From NCBI GenBank assembly GCA_937894805.1, contig CALAYR010000136.1:2084-66083 (forward strand): a stretch of 64,000 nucleotides of DNA. The letters run 5' to 3'. This stretch comes from an uncultured Acidimicrobiaceae bacterium (GTDB taxonomy: Bacteria; Actinomycetota; Acidimicrobiia; Acidimicrobiales; RAAP-2). The stretch's first letter is position 1, and each line of letters opens with the position of its first letter. A program made the position numbers and the translations under genes. Positions 1 to 9,523 of this stretch are shown here, one piece after another. The notes under the pieces are model-generated. The model had not been told where the DNA came from and searched no databases. It saw nothing but the letters and a program-made list of their open reading frames with translations.

Positions 1-227
1 CGGTAGTAGGCGATGAGGCCAATGGCCGTGCCGACGTGGAGGGCAACGAGGAGGGCGAGGAAGTAGCTCTCAGGCTGAGACTGGGCCCGCGCCATTTCCG
101 TCCATCCGAAGATCTTGGGGAAGAGGACGGCGTGGCCGAGACTCGAAACGGGGAAGAGTTCAGTGACTCCCTGCAGGAGTCCCATGAGGAGGGCTTGGTA
201 CCAGGGCAAGACGGCGGCGGTAATCAT
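1..227 (-). CDS. uppP: undecaprenyl-diphosphate phosphatase (UppP/BacA), N-terminal fragment; gene continues past the left edge
   Basis: Absent from the ORF track because no stop lies in the window. The minus-strand ATG at 227-225 reads MITAAVLPWYQALLMGLLQGVTELFPVSSLGHAVLFPKIFGW..., which carries the QGxTExxPVSSxGH signature of UppP. Confidence 0.8.
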   Translation of the reverse strand, partial: MITAAVLPWYQALLMGLLQGVTELFPVSSLGHAVLFPKIFGWTEMARAQSQPESYFLALLVALHVGTAIGLIAYY

Positions 228-282
228 GTCCTTACGCTACGCCTGGCGTTCGACTCTGCTCGTCATGCGGCAGACTTAAGCG

Positions 283-789
283 ATGCGATTCCTCACCATT
301 GTGCGCCACTGCGAAGCTGAACCGGGTACCGACGATTTCGTTCGGACCTTGACCGAACGCGGTCGACGTCAGGGCGAAGAGATTCGCAGTCGTGTGTTGG
401 ATAGCGAGCAGTTGGCCCCGTACGGGCCGGTGACGGCCCTCGTGAGTGCGGCCGCCCGTACTCGTGAGACCTACGCCCTTGGCTTTGCCGGAACGGCCTT
501 TGTCCACGCCCTAGAAACCAGCGAGTTGATCTACAACGGCCAACGAGACGTCACGCCATTTGAAGTTCTCGAGCAGTTGGCCGCCATTGATCCCGTGCGC
601 GAGTCACTCCTCGTGCTTGGTCACTTTCCCTGGGTCTGGCAACTCGTCAGCGAACTCACCGAAGAAATGCCCGAGGCGCTGGTCTCGGACTACCCCGTGG
701 GCACGGCCGTAGTTCTCGCGATTCCAGAGGATGAGCAAGTTGGCCTGCGCCACTACGAAGTGGCCGCAGTGTTTATTCCGACGATTTAG
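283..789 (+). CDS. histidine phosphatase superfamily protein (SixA-like)
   Basis: 168-aa ORF with N-terminal LTIVRHCEA (RHG-type catalytic motif) and a distal LGHFPW His motif. The size is typical of SixA-type phosphohistidine phosphatases. Confidence 0.65.
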   Translation: MRFLTIVRHCEAEPGTDDFVRTLTERGRRQGEEIRSRVLDSEQLAPYGPVTALVSAAARTRETYALGFAGTAFVHALETSELIYNGQRDVTPFEVLEQLAAIDPVRESLLVLGHFPWVWQLVSELTEEMPEALVSDYPVGTAVVLAIPEDEQVGLRHYEVAAVFIPTI

Positions 790-1964
790 AGCGCGCGAAG
801 GATCGCCGCGTCACCCTGACCACCACCACCACAGAGCGCGACAGCGGCAACACCACCACCACGACGGCGAAGCTCAAACAGTGCGGTAAGCGCCACGCGG
901 GTACCGGACATACCGAGGGGGTGACCCAAGGCAATCGCACCACCGTTGACGTTGACCTTGTCTTCGTCGATGCCCAGCTCGTCGGCCGAGGCCAGACCAA
1001 CTGCGGCGAAGGCCTCGTTCATTTCGAAGAGGTCGATGCTCTTCACGTCAATACCGGCCTTGGCGGCGGCCTTCAAGATGGCGCGGCTGGGCTGGTTCAA
1101 CAGTGAGGCGTCGGGACCGGCGACCTGGCCGTAGCTCAGGATTTCACCGATTGGGGTGAGACCGAGCTCCTTGGCCTTGGCGGCAGACATGACGAGTACG
1201 GCGGCGCCACCGTCGGAGATCTGCGATGCGTTTCCGGCCGAGATGGTGCCTTCCTTGTCGAACGCGGGACGGAGAGCGGCGAGTGACTCGGCCGTCGTCT
1301 CACCGCGCACACCTTCGTCGGTGGAGACGATGATGGGGTCACCCTTGCGCTGAGCAATGGAGACGTTGACAATTTCGTCGGTGAACTTGCCGGCGGCCGT
1401 GGCGGCAGCGGCGAGCTGGTGCGAACGGGCCGAGAACTCGTCCTGACGCTGGCGGGTGATGCGACCGGCGTTGTAGCGGTCGGTGCCGAGGCCCATGGCC
1501 ACGTTGTCAAAGGCGCAGGTCAAACCGTCGAACATCATCGAGTCGATGACCTTCTGGTCGCCAATGCGGTATCCGGCACGGGCGTTAGGGAGCAGGTAGG
1601 GAGCGTTGCTCATTGATTCCATACCACCGGCGATGACGATGTCGGCCTCACCGGAACGAATCATGAGGTCGGCCTGGTAGATGGTCTGCAGACCCGAGAG
1701 GCAGACCTTGTTGATGGTCGTTGCGTGGACGCTCATGGGGATGCCACCGTTGACGGCAGCCTGGCGAGCAGTGATCTGTCCCTGACCGGCTTGGATGGCC
1801 TGGCCCATGAGGACGGCCTCAACGAGTGCGGGGTCCACACCGGCGCGCTGCATGGTGGCGGCGATGGCGTAGCCACCAAGGTCTTGGGCGCTGAGTGAAG
1901 CGAATACGCCAGAAAGTTTTCCTATTGGGGTACGGGCTCCGGCGACGATAACGGTGCGTGACAT
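786..1964 (-). CDS. acetyl-CoA C-acetyltransferase (thiolase II)
   Basis: 392-aa ORF with thiolase signatures: NKVCLSGLQ (active-site Cys), NVNGGAIALGHPLGMSG and C-terminal ALCGGGGQG. Confidence 0.9.
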   Translation of the reverse strand: MSRTVIVAGARTPIGKLSGVFASLSAQDLGGYAIAATMQRAGVDPALVEAVLMGQAIQAGQGQITARQAAVNGGIPMSVHATTINKVCLSGLQTIYQADLMIRSGEADIVIAGGMESMSNAPYLLPNARAGYRIGDQKVIDSMMFDGLTCAFDNVAMGLGTDRYNAGRITRQRQDEFSARSHQLAAAATAAGKFTDEIVNVSIAQRKGDPIIVSTDEGVRGETTAESLAALRPAFDKEGTISAGNASQISDGGAAVLVMSAAKAKELGLTPIGEILSYGQVAGPDASLLNQPSRAILKAAAKAGIDVKSIDLFEMNEAFAAVGLASADELGIDEDKVNVNGGAIALGHPLGMSGTRVALTALFELRRRGGGVAAVALCGGGGQGDAAILRAL

Positions 1965-2023
1965 GGACTCTCCTCATCTCGATGCGCGAGCATCAACTTC
2001 AGCCACACTAGACGAGGAATGGC

Positions 2024-3391
2024 GTGCCTTACTCGGCGGTAACATCGAAAACTATGAGTGAACTTCTTGATGCCGTTCGAGCTGGGGCCGACGCGGAAAC
2101 GCTGGCCTCCCTACCCATGCCCACCACCACGCGGGCCGTCTTTGTCCGTCGCGAAGATGCCGACATGTTCCAAGGCATGGCCAGTAGTGACAAGGACCCC
2201 CGGAAGAGTCTGAAGATGGGTGAGGTCCCACTGCCCGAACTGGCACCCGACGAAGTCTTCATCGCGGTCATGGCCTCTTCAATCAACTTCAACACGGTGT
2301 GGACGAGCATCTTCGAACCACTTTCAACCTTCGGCTTCTTAGACCGACTCGGCAAGGAGTCCGTCTGGGGCAAGCGCCACGCCCTCGACTACCACGTTGT
2401 TGGTTCCGACGCGTCGGGTGTCGTCGTGCGCGTGGGCTCAGCCGTTCGCAACTGGAAGATCGGTGACGAGATCACGGTGCACTGCAACTATCTCGACGAC
2501 CAGGACCCCTCGAGCCACGACGACTCAATGATGGGGTCGAACCAGCGCATCTGGGGCTTCGAAACAAACTTTGGTGGACTCGCCGACATCTCGGTGGTGA
2601 AGGCCAATCAGTTGATGCCTAAGCCCACCCACCTCAGCTGGGAAGAGGCTGCCGTGAACGCGCTCTGTAACTCCACGAGCTACCGCATGCTGGTCTCTCG
2701 TAATGGTGCGCCAGTGACCCAGGGCCAGAAGGTTCTGATCTGGGGCGCCTCCGGTGGCATCGGCTCCTACGCCGTCCAGCACGTCTTGAACTCTGGTGGC
2801 ACGCCAATCGGCGTCGTCTCCTCGGCCGATAAGGCTGACATGCTCCGTGAACTTGGTTGCGAGTACGTCATCAACCGCAAGGAAGCCGGCTACAAGTTCT
2901 GGAAGGACGAACACACTCAGGACGAGTCCGAGTGGCGTCGCTTGGGTAAGGACATCCGCAACCTCATTGGCGAAGACCCCGACATTGTGTTCGAACACCC
3001 CGGTCGTTCCACGATGGGCGCGAGCGTCTTTGTCACCAAGCGCGGCGGCACCATCGTGACCTGTGCCGCAACATCGGGCTACATGATTGAGTACGACAAC
3101 CGTCACCTCTGGATGAAGCTCAAGACCATCAAGGGTTCACACTTTGCCAACTATCGCGAAGCGTGGGATGCCAACAAGACGATCTACGACGGCAAGGTAG
3201 TGCCGCCCCTCTCGGCCGTCTTCAATCTCGACCAGGTCGGCGAAGCGGCCTACCAGGTGCACCACAACTTGCACGAAGGCAAGATTGGTGTCCTCTGCCT
3301 CGCCGAGAGCGAAGGTCTCGGCATTACTAACCCCGAACTCCGCGCCCAAATTGGCGAGGACCGTCTCACAATCTTCCGTCGTCACGCCTAA
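2024..3391 (+). CDS. ccr: crotonyl-CoA carboxylase/reductase
   Basis: 455-aa MDR-family ORF with CCR-typical blocks MASSINFNTVW, RIWGFETNFGGLA and WGASGGIGSYAVQ (NADPH loop). GTG start preceded by a gaggaa Shine-Dalgarno. Lies next to the epimerase, pccB and the Ecm-type mutase. Confidence 0.85.
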   Translation: MPYSAVTSKTMSELLDAVRAGADAETLASLPMPTTTRAVFVRREDADMFQGMASSDKDPRKSLKMGEVPLPELAPDEVFIAVMASSINFNTVWTSIFEPLSTFGFLDRLGKESVWGKRHALDYHVVGSDASGVVVRVGSAVRNWKIGDEITVHCNYLDDQDPSSHDDSMMGSNQRIWGFETNFGGLADISVVKANQLMPKPTHLSWEEAAVNALCNSTSYRMLVSRNGAPVTQGQKVLIWGASGGIGSYAVQHVLNSGGTPIGVVSSADKADMLRELGCEYVINRKEAGYKFWKDEHTQDESEWRRLGKDIRNLIGEDPDIVFEHPGRSTMGASVFVTKRGGTIVTCAATSGYMIEYDNRHLWMKLKTIKGSHFANYREAWDANKTIYDGKVVPPLSAVFNLDQVGEAAYQVHHNLHEGKIGVLCLAESEGLGITNPELRAQIGEDRLTIFRRHA

Positions 3392-3400
3392 GGAGCCCTC

Positions 3401-3823
3401 GTGGAAAATCTGCTTACAGAAATCGATCACGTGGCCATTGCCGTCAAGGACCTCGACGCAGCTATTGCTTGGTACGAAGAGGTGTTTGGCGCCACCGTCG
3501 AGCACCGCGAAGTTGTCGAGTCCGATGGCGTCGCTGAGGCTCTTTTAAATGTGGCCGACTCCTACATCCAGTTGCTAACGCCGGTCTCGGAAACTTCACC
3601 GGTCGCTAAGTACCTCGCCACTAAGGGTGAAGGTCTCCACCACATCGGCTATCGCGTTGCCGACTGTGCCGTTGCCCTGGAGGCCGTCAAGGCGGCCGGT
3701 GGCCGAGTCATTGACGAGAAGCCCCGTCCCGGTTCACGCGGGACCACAGTGGCCTTCGTACACCCCAAGACCTCCTTCGGCACGCTGATTGAGTTGGTCC
3801 AAGACAACGGTGGACACCACTAG
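3401..3823 (+). CDS. mce: methylmalonyl-CoA/ethylmalonyl-CoA epimerase (VOC/glyoxalase fold)
   Basis: 140-aa ORF with IDHVAIAVKDLDAAIAWY, GEGLHHIGYRV and GTLIELVQ, the typical epimerase pattern. Confidence 0.85.
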   Translation: MENLLTEIDHVAIAVKDLDAAIAWYEEVFGATVEHREVVESDGVAEALLNVADSYIQLLTPVSETSPVAKYLATKGEGLHHIGYRVADCAVALEAVKAAGGRVIDEKPRPGSRGTTVAFVHPKTSFGTLIELVQDNGGHH

Positions 3824-3867
3824 GACGTCGACACGGGGTTGCCACTGATTTCGGTAGCCTGAACGCC

Positions 3868-5424
3868 ATGGAACATTCGATGGCGGAACGACTCGCAGAC
3901 TTAGAACAGCGTCGGGCGCAAGCTCGCAATGCCGGCGGTGAGGCGGCCATTGAGCGCCACCACGCCAAGGGCAAGATGACGGCCCGTGAACGACTCGAGT
4001 ACTTGCTCGACGAAGGTTCATTCCAAGAACTCGACATGCTGTCACGCCACCGCGCTCACGGCATGGGGCTCGAAGACAACCGGCCCTTCACCGATGGCGT
4101 GATTACGGGCTTTGGCACCATTGATGGCCGCAAGGTCTGCGTCTTCTCTCAGGACTTCACTGTCTTCGGTGGTGCCCTCGGTGAAGTCTTCGCCGAGAAG
4201 ATTCACAAGATCATGGACCTCTCGCTCTCGCTCGGTCTGCCGATGATTGGGTTGAACGACGGAGCCGGTGCCCGTATTCAAGAAGGCGTGGTCTCGCTCC
4301 ACAGTTACGGCGGCATCTTCGCCCGCAACGTTAAGAGTTCGGGTGTTATCCCTCAGATCTCCGTCATCATGGGGCCCTGTGCCGGTGGTGCCGTCTACTC
4401 CCCAGCCATGACGGACTTCATCTTCATGGTGAATGAGACCAGTCACATGTTCATCACTGGCCCCGACGTGGTCAAGACGGTGACCGGCGAAGACGTCACT
4501 TTGGAACAACTCGGTGGTGCCATGAGCCACGCTCGCAAGTCGGGTGTAACCCACTTCGTGCTGCCCGATGAGAAGTCGTGCCTCGACGAAGTCCGCTACC
4601 TGCTGAGCTTCTTGCCCACCAACAACCAGGAAGAGGCTCCTCGCGGTCCAATCACCGACGACCCGCAGCGGCTCTGCGAAGACCTTCGTACGATTCTTCC
4701 CGAATCGAGCAACCAGCCATACGACATGAAGAAGGTCATCGCTTCGGTCGTCGACGATGGTGACTACATCGAAGTGCACGCGCACTGGGCCCAGCAGATC
4801 ACCTGCGGCTTTGCCCGTATTGACGGCCACGTCATCGGCGTCGTTGGCAACCAGCCCGCCGTATTGGCCGGAGTGTTGGACATTGACTCTTCCGAGAAGG
4901 CCGCTCGCTTCGTCCGGACTTGTGACGCCTTCAACATCCCGCTCGTCACCTTCGTGGACGTACCAGGCTTCATGCCCGGAACCGAACAGGAGTACGGCGG
5001 CATCATTCGCCACGGGGCGAAGTTGCTCTACGCCTTCTGCGAAGCGACCGTGCCCCGCGTGCAGATCATTACCCGTAAGGCCTACGGCGGTGCGTACGTC
5101 GTTATGAACTCCAAGTCCATCGGGGCCGACTTGGCCTTCGCGTGGCCTTCGGCCGAGCTGGCCGTTATGGGTGCCAGTGGTGCCGTTGAGATTGTGTACC
5201 GCCGCGATCTCCAGGCGGCCGAGGACACGGACGCTCGTCGCGCCGAATTGATTGATGAGTACACGGAGCGCTACGTCAACCCCTACCTGGCGGCCGAGCG
5301 CGGTTTCGTGGACGACGTCATCGATCCGGCCGAAACCCGCCGCGTCATTGTGCGCGCCATCGACGTGCTTCGCTCGAAGCGTGAGGATCTGCCGAAGCGT
5401 AAGCACGGAAACGTCCCACTGTGA
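3868..5424 (+). CDS. pccB: acyl-CoA carboxylase carboxyltransferase beta subunit (propionyl-CoA carboxylase type)
   Basis: 518-aa ORF with carboxyltransferase blocks GKMTARERLEYLLDEGSF, GLNDGAGARIQEGV, MGPCAGGAVYSPAMTDF and ITRKAYGGAYVVM. Confidence 0.9.
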   Translation: MEHSMAERLADLEQRRAQARNAGGEAAIERHHAKGKMTARERLEYLLDEGSFQELDMLSRHRAHGMGLEDNRPFTDGVITGFGTIDGRKVCVFSQDFTVFGGALGEVFAEKIHKIMDLSLSLGLPMIGLNDGAGARIQEGVVSLHSYGGIFARNVKSSGVIPQISVIMGPCAGGAVYSPAMTDFIFMVNETSHMFITGPDVVKTVTGEDVTLEQLGGAMSHARKSGVTHFVLPDEKSCLDEVRYLLSFLPTNNQEEAPRGPITDDPQRLCEDLRTILPESSNQPYDMKKVIASVVDDGDYIEVHAHWAQQITCGFARIDGHVIGVVGNQPAVLAGVLDIDSSEKAARFVRTCDAFNIPLVTFVDVPGFMPGTEQEYGGIIRHGAKLLYAFCEATVPRVQIITRKAYGGAYVVMNSKSIGADLAFAWPSAELAVMGASGAVEIVYRRDLQAAEDTDARRAELIDEYTERYVNPYLAAERGFVDDVIDPAETRRVIVRAIDVLRSKREDLPKRKHGNVPL

Positions 5425-5588
5425 CCTTCGGTCTGCGTCCCCGTCCGAAAGCCTGCCCCGAAGAAGTGGCCGCCATCACGGCGATTGCGCAGGCTTTGCT
5501 CACACCGACGGTTGTCGAAGCGACTCGCGATAAGACTCCTGCCTATCGCTTTAGTGGCCGTTGGTTTAACTCCGGTCTCCGCCGTTAG
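5421..5588 (+). CDS. small protein, acyl-CoA carboxylase epsilon-subunit-like (55 aa)
   Basis: Below the ORF-track size cutoff. The GTG overlaps the pccB stop (GTGA). Reads VTFGLRPRPKACPEEVAAITAIAQALLTPTVVEATRDKTPAYRFSGRWFNSGLRR. The position directly after pccB, the EE-x-AAI-x-A core and the C-terminal Trp-containing tail resemble actinobacterial AccE/PccE. Confidence 0.5.
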   Translation: MTFGLRPRPKACPEEVAAITAIAQALLTPTVVEATRDKTPAYRFSGRWFNSGLRR

Positions 5589-5669
5589 CGCCCCTTTCCT
5601 CGTTTTGTAGCGCCCGACCGCTACGGTCGTGGAGGCGATGCTTCGTCATCCGGGTAAGGAAGTTGTCAC

Positions 5670-6665
5670 ATGCCAATTCGTAACAATGAGATTTATGTCA
5701 ATGGTCATGCGATCGCCAAGCCCGCCTCCCTCCTTGAAACTTTTGAGACGATGCAGGCTGAGCACGGCATGGCCTGGATCGGCCTCTACAAGCCCTACGA
5801 CGAAGAGCTGGCAACGGTCGCTGAAGAGTTCCATCTACACAAGTTGGCGGTGGAGGATGCCCGCACGGCCCATCAGAGGCCCAAGTGTGACACCTACGGC
5901 AACATTCTCTTCACGGTGCTTCGACCAGCGCGCTACGACGAACGATCCGAAGCGGTCACCCTGGGTGAGATTCATATCTTTACTGGGCCCGATTTTGTCG
6001 TTACGGTCCGTCACGCGGAGTCCCCGGATCTGGGAAAAGTTCGTAAGAAACTTGAAGCGAACCCCGCGCTGTTGGCAAAAGGTCCCATTGTGGTCCTACA
6101 CGCAGTTGCCAATCAGGTGATTGATGAATACGCCGAAGTACTTGCCGATATTCAGACGGACCTAGACGAGATCGAGACCCAACTCTTTGACGGCCGCAGC
6201 CGACCGACGCAGAGAATCTTCAAATTGACTCGTGAAGTTATTGCGATGCAGCGGGCCGTGGGCCCTCTCGATGACGTCTTCTTGAAGATCGTCGGTTGGG
6301 CAACTAATCACAACGTTGATGAAGAAACTGTTCGCATGCTGAATGACCTGCGTGACCACACCCACAAGATTGTTGAAACGGTTGATGGCTTTCGTTCAAT
6401 CTTGCAAAATGCGCTATCGGTGAATCTGGCGCTTATTGCCCAGCGGCAGAACGACGAGATGGCCAAGCAGGCGCAGGACGTGCAAAAGATTTCCGCCTGG
6501 GGCGCCATCTTCTTCGTACCGACTGTTATCGGTGCAATCTACGGTATGAACTTTCATGGCATGCCCGAGCTCAGTTGGCAGTACGGCTACCCACTTTCGC
6601 TGCTGGCGATGGCCGTGATCTGTGGCGGCCTCTACGTGTTCTTTAAGAAACGCAAGTGGCTCTAA
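5670..6665 (+). CDS. corA: CorA-family Mg2+/Co2+ transporter
   Basis: 331-aa ORF with two C-terminal TM helices and the YGMNF (GMN) signature. Confidence 0.9.
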   Translation: MPIRNNEIYVNGHAIAKPASLLETFETMQAEHGMAWIGLYKPYDEELATVAEEFHLHKLAVEDARTAHQRPKCDTYGNILFTVLRPARYDERSEAVTLGEIHIFTGPDFVVTVRHAESPDLGKVRKKLEANPALLAKGPIVVLHAVANQVIDEYAEVLADIQTDLDEIETQLFDGRSRPTQRIFKLTREVIAMQRAVGPLDDVFLKIVGWATNHNVDEETVRMLNDLRDHTHKIVETVDGFRSILQNALSVNLALIAQRQNDEMAKQAQDVQKISAWGAIFFVPTVIGAIYGMNFHGMPELSWQYGYPLSLLAMAVICGGLYVFFKKRKWL

Positions 6666-8623
6666 GCCTTAACTAGCTCCAGCATGTCACTCATGATCTG
6701 GCTGAGGGAGTAGTCCTTCGGGGAGTAGACCCGAGTAACCCCTTCGCGCAGCAGGACCTCTTCGTCGGCCTTGGGGATGATGCCACCCACGACCACTTGG
6801 GCCTCCACGCCAGCGTCACGGAGACCCTGGACCACGCGAGGCACGAGAGACATGTGTGACCCCGAAAGGATGGAGATGCCGACAATGTCGACATCCTCGT
6901 CACGAGCGGCCGCCACAATCTCCTCGGGGGAGAGTCGGATGCCCTGGTAGACGACTTCGAATCCGGCGTCACGAGCGGCCACGGCCACCTGTTCGGCACC
7001 GTTGGAGTGTCCGTCGAGACCGGGCTTGGCCACCAAGATCTTGGGCGGAGTGCCACGCAGTGCGGTGAGCGCCTTCGAGCGCTCCACGAGAGCGGTGAAC
7101 TCCTTGCTCCGAGTGGCAACCCCGGCGCGGACACCAGTAGGTGCGCGGTACTCGCCGTATACGGCCCGCAGGCAGTTGGCCCACTCCCCGGTGGTGCCAC
7201 CGGCCTTGGCGAGCGCGATGGTGGGGGGCATGATGTTGTCAGCCACGTCGGAGGACTGCGCGACGCGCGAGAGCTCTTCGAGTGCTGAAGCCACGGCCGC
7301 TTCGTCACGACCGGCTCGCCACGCCTGCACGGTGGCAATCGTTTCGGCTTCGACCTTGGGTTCCACTTTCATGATGGCCTCGAGGGAGTCGCCGGCGGTG
7401 AGCGGTGATTCGCTGGTCTCGACGTACTTGTTAACGCCCACCACAATCTGCTCACCAGTTTCGATGCGAGCAACGCGCTCGGCCTGACTCGCCACCAGGC
7501 GGGCCTTCAATTCGTCGATGCAGTTGAAGGCTCCTCCGAGAGCGAGGACTTCATCGAGCTCAGCTTGCGCGGCGTGGATGAGTTCGTTGGTCTTGTTGGC
7601 CATGACCAGTGAGCCGTCAAAAATGTCGGGGTACTCCAAGAGGTCCGTTTCAAAAGCAAGCACCTGCTGCATGCGCAGGCTCCACTGCTGATCCCAGGGG
7701 CGGGGCAGGCCGAGTGCCTCATTCCAAGCGGGCAGCTGCACGGCTCGGGCGCGAGCGTCGGCCGACATGGTGACACCCAGCATCTCCAACACGATGCGCT
7801 GGATGTTGTTCTCGGGCTGCTGTTCGGTGAGGCCGAGCGAGTTGACCTGGACGCCGTAACGGAAGCGTCGCATGGCGGGGTCGGTGACCCCGTAGCGCTC
7901 ACGGCAGATGCGGTCCCACATTTCAGTGAAGGCTCGCATCTTGGCGATCTCCTCCACGAAGCGAATACCGGCGTTGACGAAGAACGAAATACGGCCCACC
8001 ACCTCGGGGAGCTGGTCGGGCGAGATCTTGCCGGAGTCACGGACACCGTCGAGAATGTCGATGGCCGTGGCGAGGGCGTAGGCAATTTCCTGCACCGGGG
8101 TAGCGCCAGCCTCTTGGAGGTGGTAGCTGCAGACGTTGATTGGATTCCACTTCGGAACGTTGTTGATGCCGTAGGCGATCATGTCGACGATGAGACGCTT
8201 CGAAGCCTGTGGAGGGAAGATGAACGTCCCGCGTGACAGATACTCCTTGACGATGTCGTTCTGCGTCGTTCCGGCCAACTTGTTGAACGGGACGTTCTGC
8301 TCGTCGGCGTAGGCCAGGTAGAGACCCCACAGCCAAGCGGCCGTGGCGTTGATGGTCATCGAGGTGTTCATCTCGCCCACGGGAATCTCATTCAGGAGTT
8401 CACGCATGTGGCCGAGGTGGGCCACCGGAACGCCCACTTTGCCCACTTCACCGGCGGCCGCGGAGGCGTCCGGGTCATATCCCGTCTGAGTGGGGAGGTC
8501 GAAGGCAATCGAGAGGCCGGTCTGGCCCTTGGAAAGATTGGTGCGATACAGCTCGTTGGACTTGGCGGCAGTGGAGTGACCGGAGTACGTCCGCATCACC
8601 CAAGGCTTAGATCGTTCGGCCAT
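6662..8623 (-). CDS. meaA: B12-dependent acyl-CoA mutase, MeaA/ethylmalonyl-CoA mutase type (fused catalytic and cobalamin-binding domains)
   Basis: 653-aa ORF. N-terminal WVMRTYSGHSTAAKSNELYRTNLSKGQTGLSIAFDLPTQTGYD is typical of MeaA/Ecm rather than MCM. The C-terminal B12 domain carries GLDGHSNG (DxHxxG). ccr and the epimerase are neighbours. Confidence 0.75.
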   Translation of the reverse strand: MAERSKPWVMRTYSGHSTAAKSNELYRTNLSKGQTGLSIAFDLPTQTGYDPDASAAAGEVGKVGVPVAHLGHMRELLNEIPVGEMNTSMTINATAAWLWGLYLAYADEQNVPFNKLAGTTQNDIVKEYLSRGTFIFPPQASKRLIVDMIAYGINNVPKWNPINVCSYHLQEAGATPVQEIAYALATAIDILDGVRDSGKISPDQLPEVVGRISFFVNAGIRFVEEIAKMRAFTEMWDRICRERYGVTDPAMRRFRYGVQVNSLGLTEQQPENNIQRIVLEMLGVTMSADARARAVQLPAWNEALGLPRPWDQQWSLRMQQVLAFETDLLEYPDIFDGSLVMANKTNELIHAAQAELDEVLALGGAFNCIDELKARLVASQAERVARIETGEQIVVGVNKYVETSESPLTAGDSLEAIMKVEPKVEAETIATVQAWRAGRDEAAVASALEELSRVAQSSDVADNIMPPTIALAKAGGTTGEWANCLRAVYGEYRAPTGVRAGVATRSKEFTALVERSKALTALRGTPPKILVAKPGLDGHSNGAEQVAVAARDAGFEVVYQGIRLSPEEIVAAARDEDVDIVGISILSGSHMSLVPRVVQGLRDAGVEAQVVVGGIIPKADEEVLLREGVTRVYSPKDYSLSQIMSDMLELVKA

Positions 8624-8668
8624 GTCAAACTCCTTTATCTAGTCGTTCGTCAGAGGCTGAAGAACGAC

Positions 8669-9523
8669 CTACTTGCGGTAATCAAAAAAGCCAGTACCCG
8701 ACTTGCGTCCGAGCTGACCGGCCACCACCATGCGCTTCAGCAGGGGAGCGGGGGCGTAGTTGGCGTCAGCGAACTCGAGGTAGAGGGCCTCGAGAATGGC
8801 CAGCGAGGTGTCCAGACCAACGAGGTCCAAGAGCGCGAACGGTCCCATGGGGAAGCCGCAGCCGCCCTTCATGGCGATGTCGATGCCTTCCTTGGAAGCA
8901 ACGCCCGACTCGAAGAGCTTGATGGCGTTGTTCAAGTAGGGGAAGAGGAGGGCGTTGACGATGAAACCGGCCTGGTCCTTCACGCGAACGGGGTCCTTGC
9001 CACAGGCGGTAGCGAACTCAGTCACGGCGGCGAGGGTCTCGTCGCTGGCCGTAATGGGGGCCACGATCTCAACGAGGCTCATCGCGGTGGCGGGGTTAAA
9101 GAAGTGCACACCACAGACGTTCTCGGGGCGCGAGGTCTGCATCGCCATTTCGATGACGGGCAACGTGGAGGTGTTGGTCGCGATGATGGCGCCGCTCTTG
9201 ACAATCCCATCGAGTTCATTGAAGAGAGCCTTCTTGGTGCCAAGGTCTTCGACGATGGACTCAATCACGAGGTCGCAGTCGGCGAGGTCCTTGAGGCTGG
9301 TCGTGGCCGAGACGCGGGCGCGGAGGGCGTCGGCGTCTTCCTGGCTCTTCTTGCCTCGCTCAACCTGCTTGGCCAACGACTTCTCGAGACCAGCAATCAT
9401 GCCGTCAGCAGTGGCCTGCGAACGACTCCGAACAATTACGGTGCATCCCGCGCTGGCGGCCACTTCTGCAATGCCGCTGCCCATGATGCCCGATCCAATA
9501 ACGCCAACTTTGTTAATAGCCAT
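8669..9523 (-). CDS. hbd: 3-hydroxybutyryl-CoA dehydrogenase
   Basis: Rossmann loop VGVIGSGIMGSGIA and the 3-hydroxyacyl-CoA dehydrogenase C-terminal domain (GFIVNALLFPY, PMGPFALLDLVGLD). ATG at 9523 chosen; the track's TTG start at 9529 is also possible. Confidence 0.85.
   Translation of the reverse strand: MAINKVGVIGSGIMGSGIAEVAASAGCTVIVRSRSQATADGMIAGLEKSLAKQVERGKKSQEDADALRARVSATTSLKDLADCDLVIESIVEDLGTKKALFNELDGIVKSGAIIATNTSTLPVIEMAMQTSRPENVCGVHFFNPATAMSLVEIVAPITASDETLAAVTEFATACGKDPVRVKDQAGFIVNALLFPYLNNAIKLFESGVASKEGIDIAMKGGCGFPMGPFALLDLVGLDTSLAILEALYLEFADANYAPAPLLKRMVVAGQLGRKSGTGFFDYRK

Noticed and set aside
36-320. 94-aa plus-strand ORF at the left edge (and 232-507 on the minus strand)
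   Set aside because: It overlaps the clearly conserved minus-strand uppP N-terminus and the SixA-like gene, and it has no motif.
5589-5669. Possible Mg2+ (M-box) or cobalamin riboswitch upstream of corA
   Set aside because: The gap is only 81 nt, with one 5-bp hairpin. That is too short for either riboswitch class, and I saw no B12-box-like sequence.
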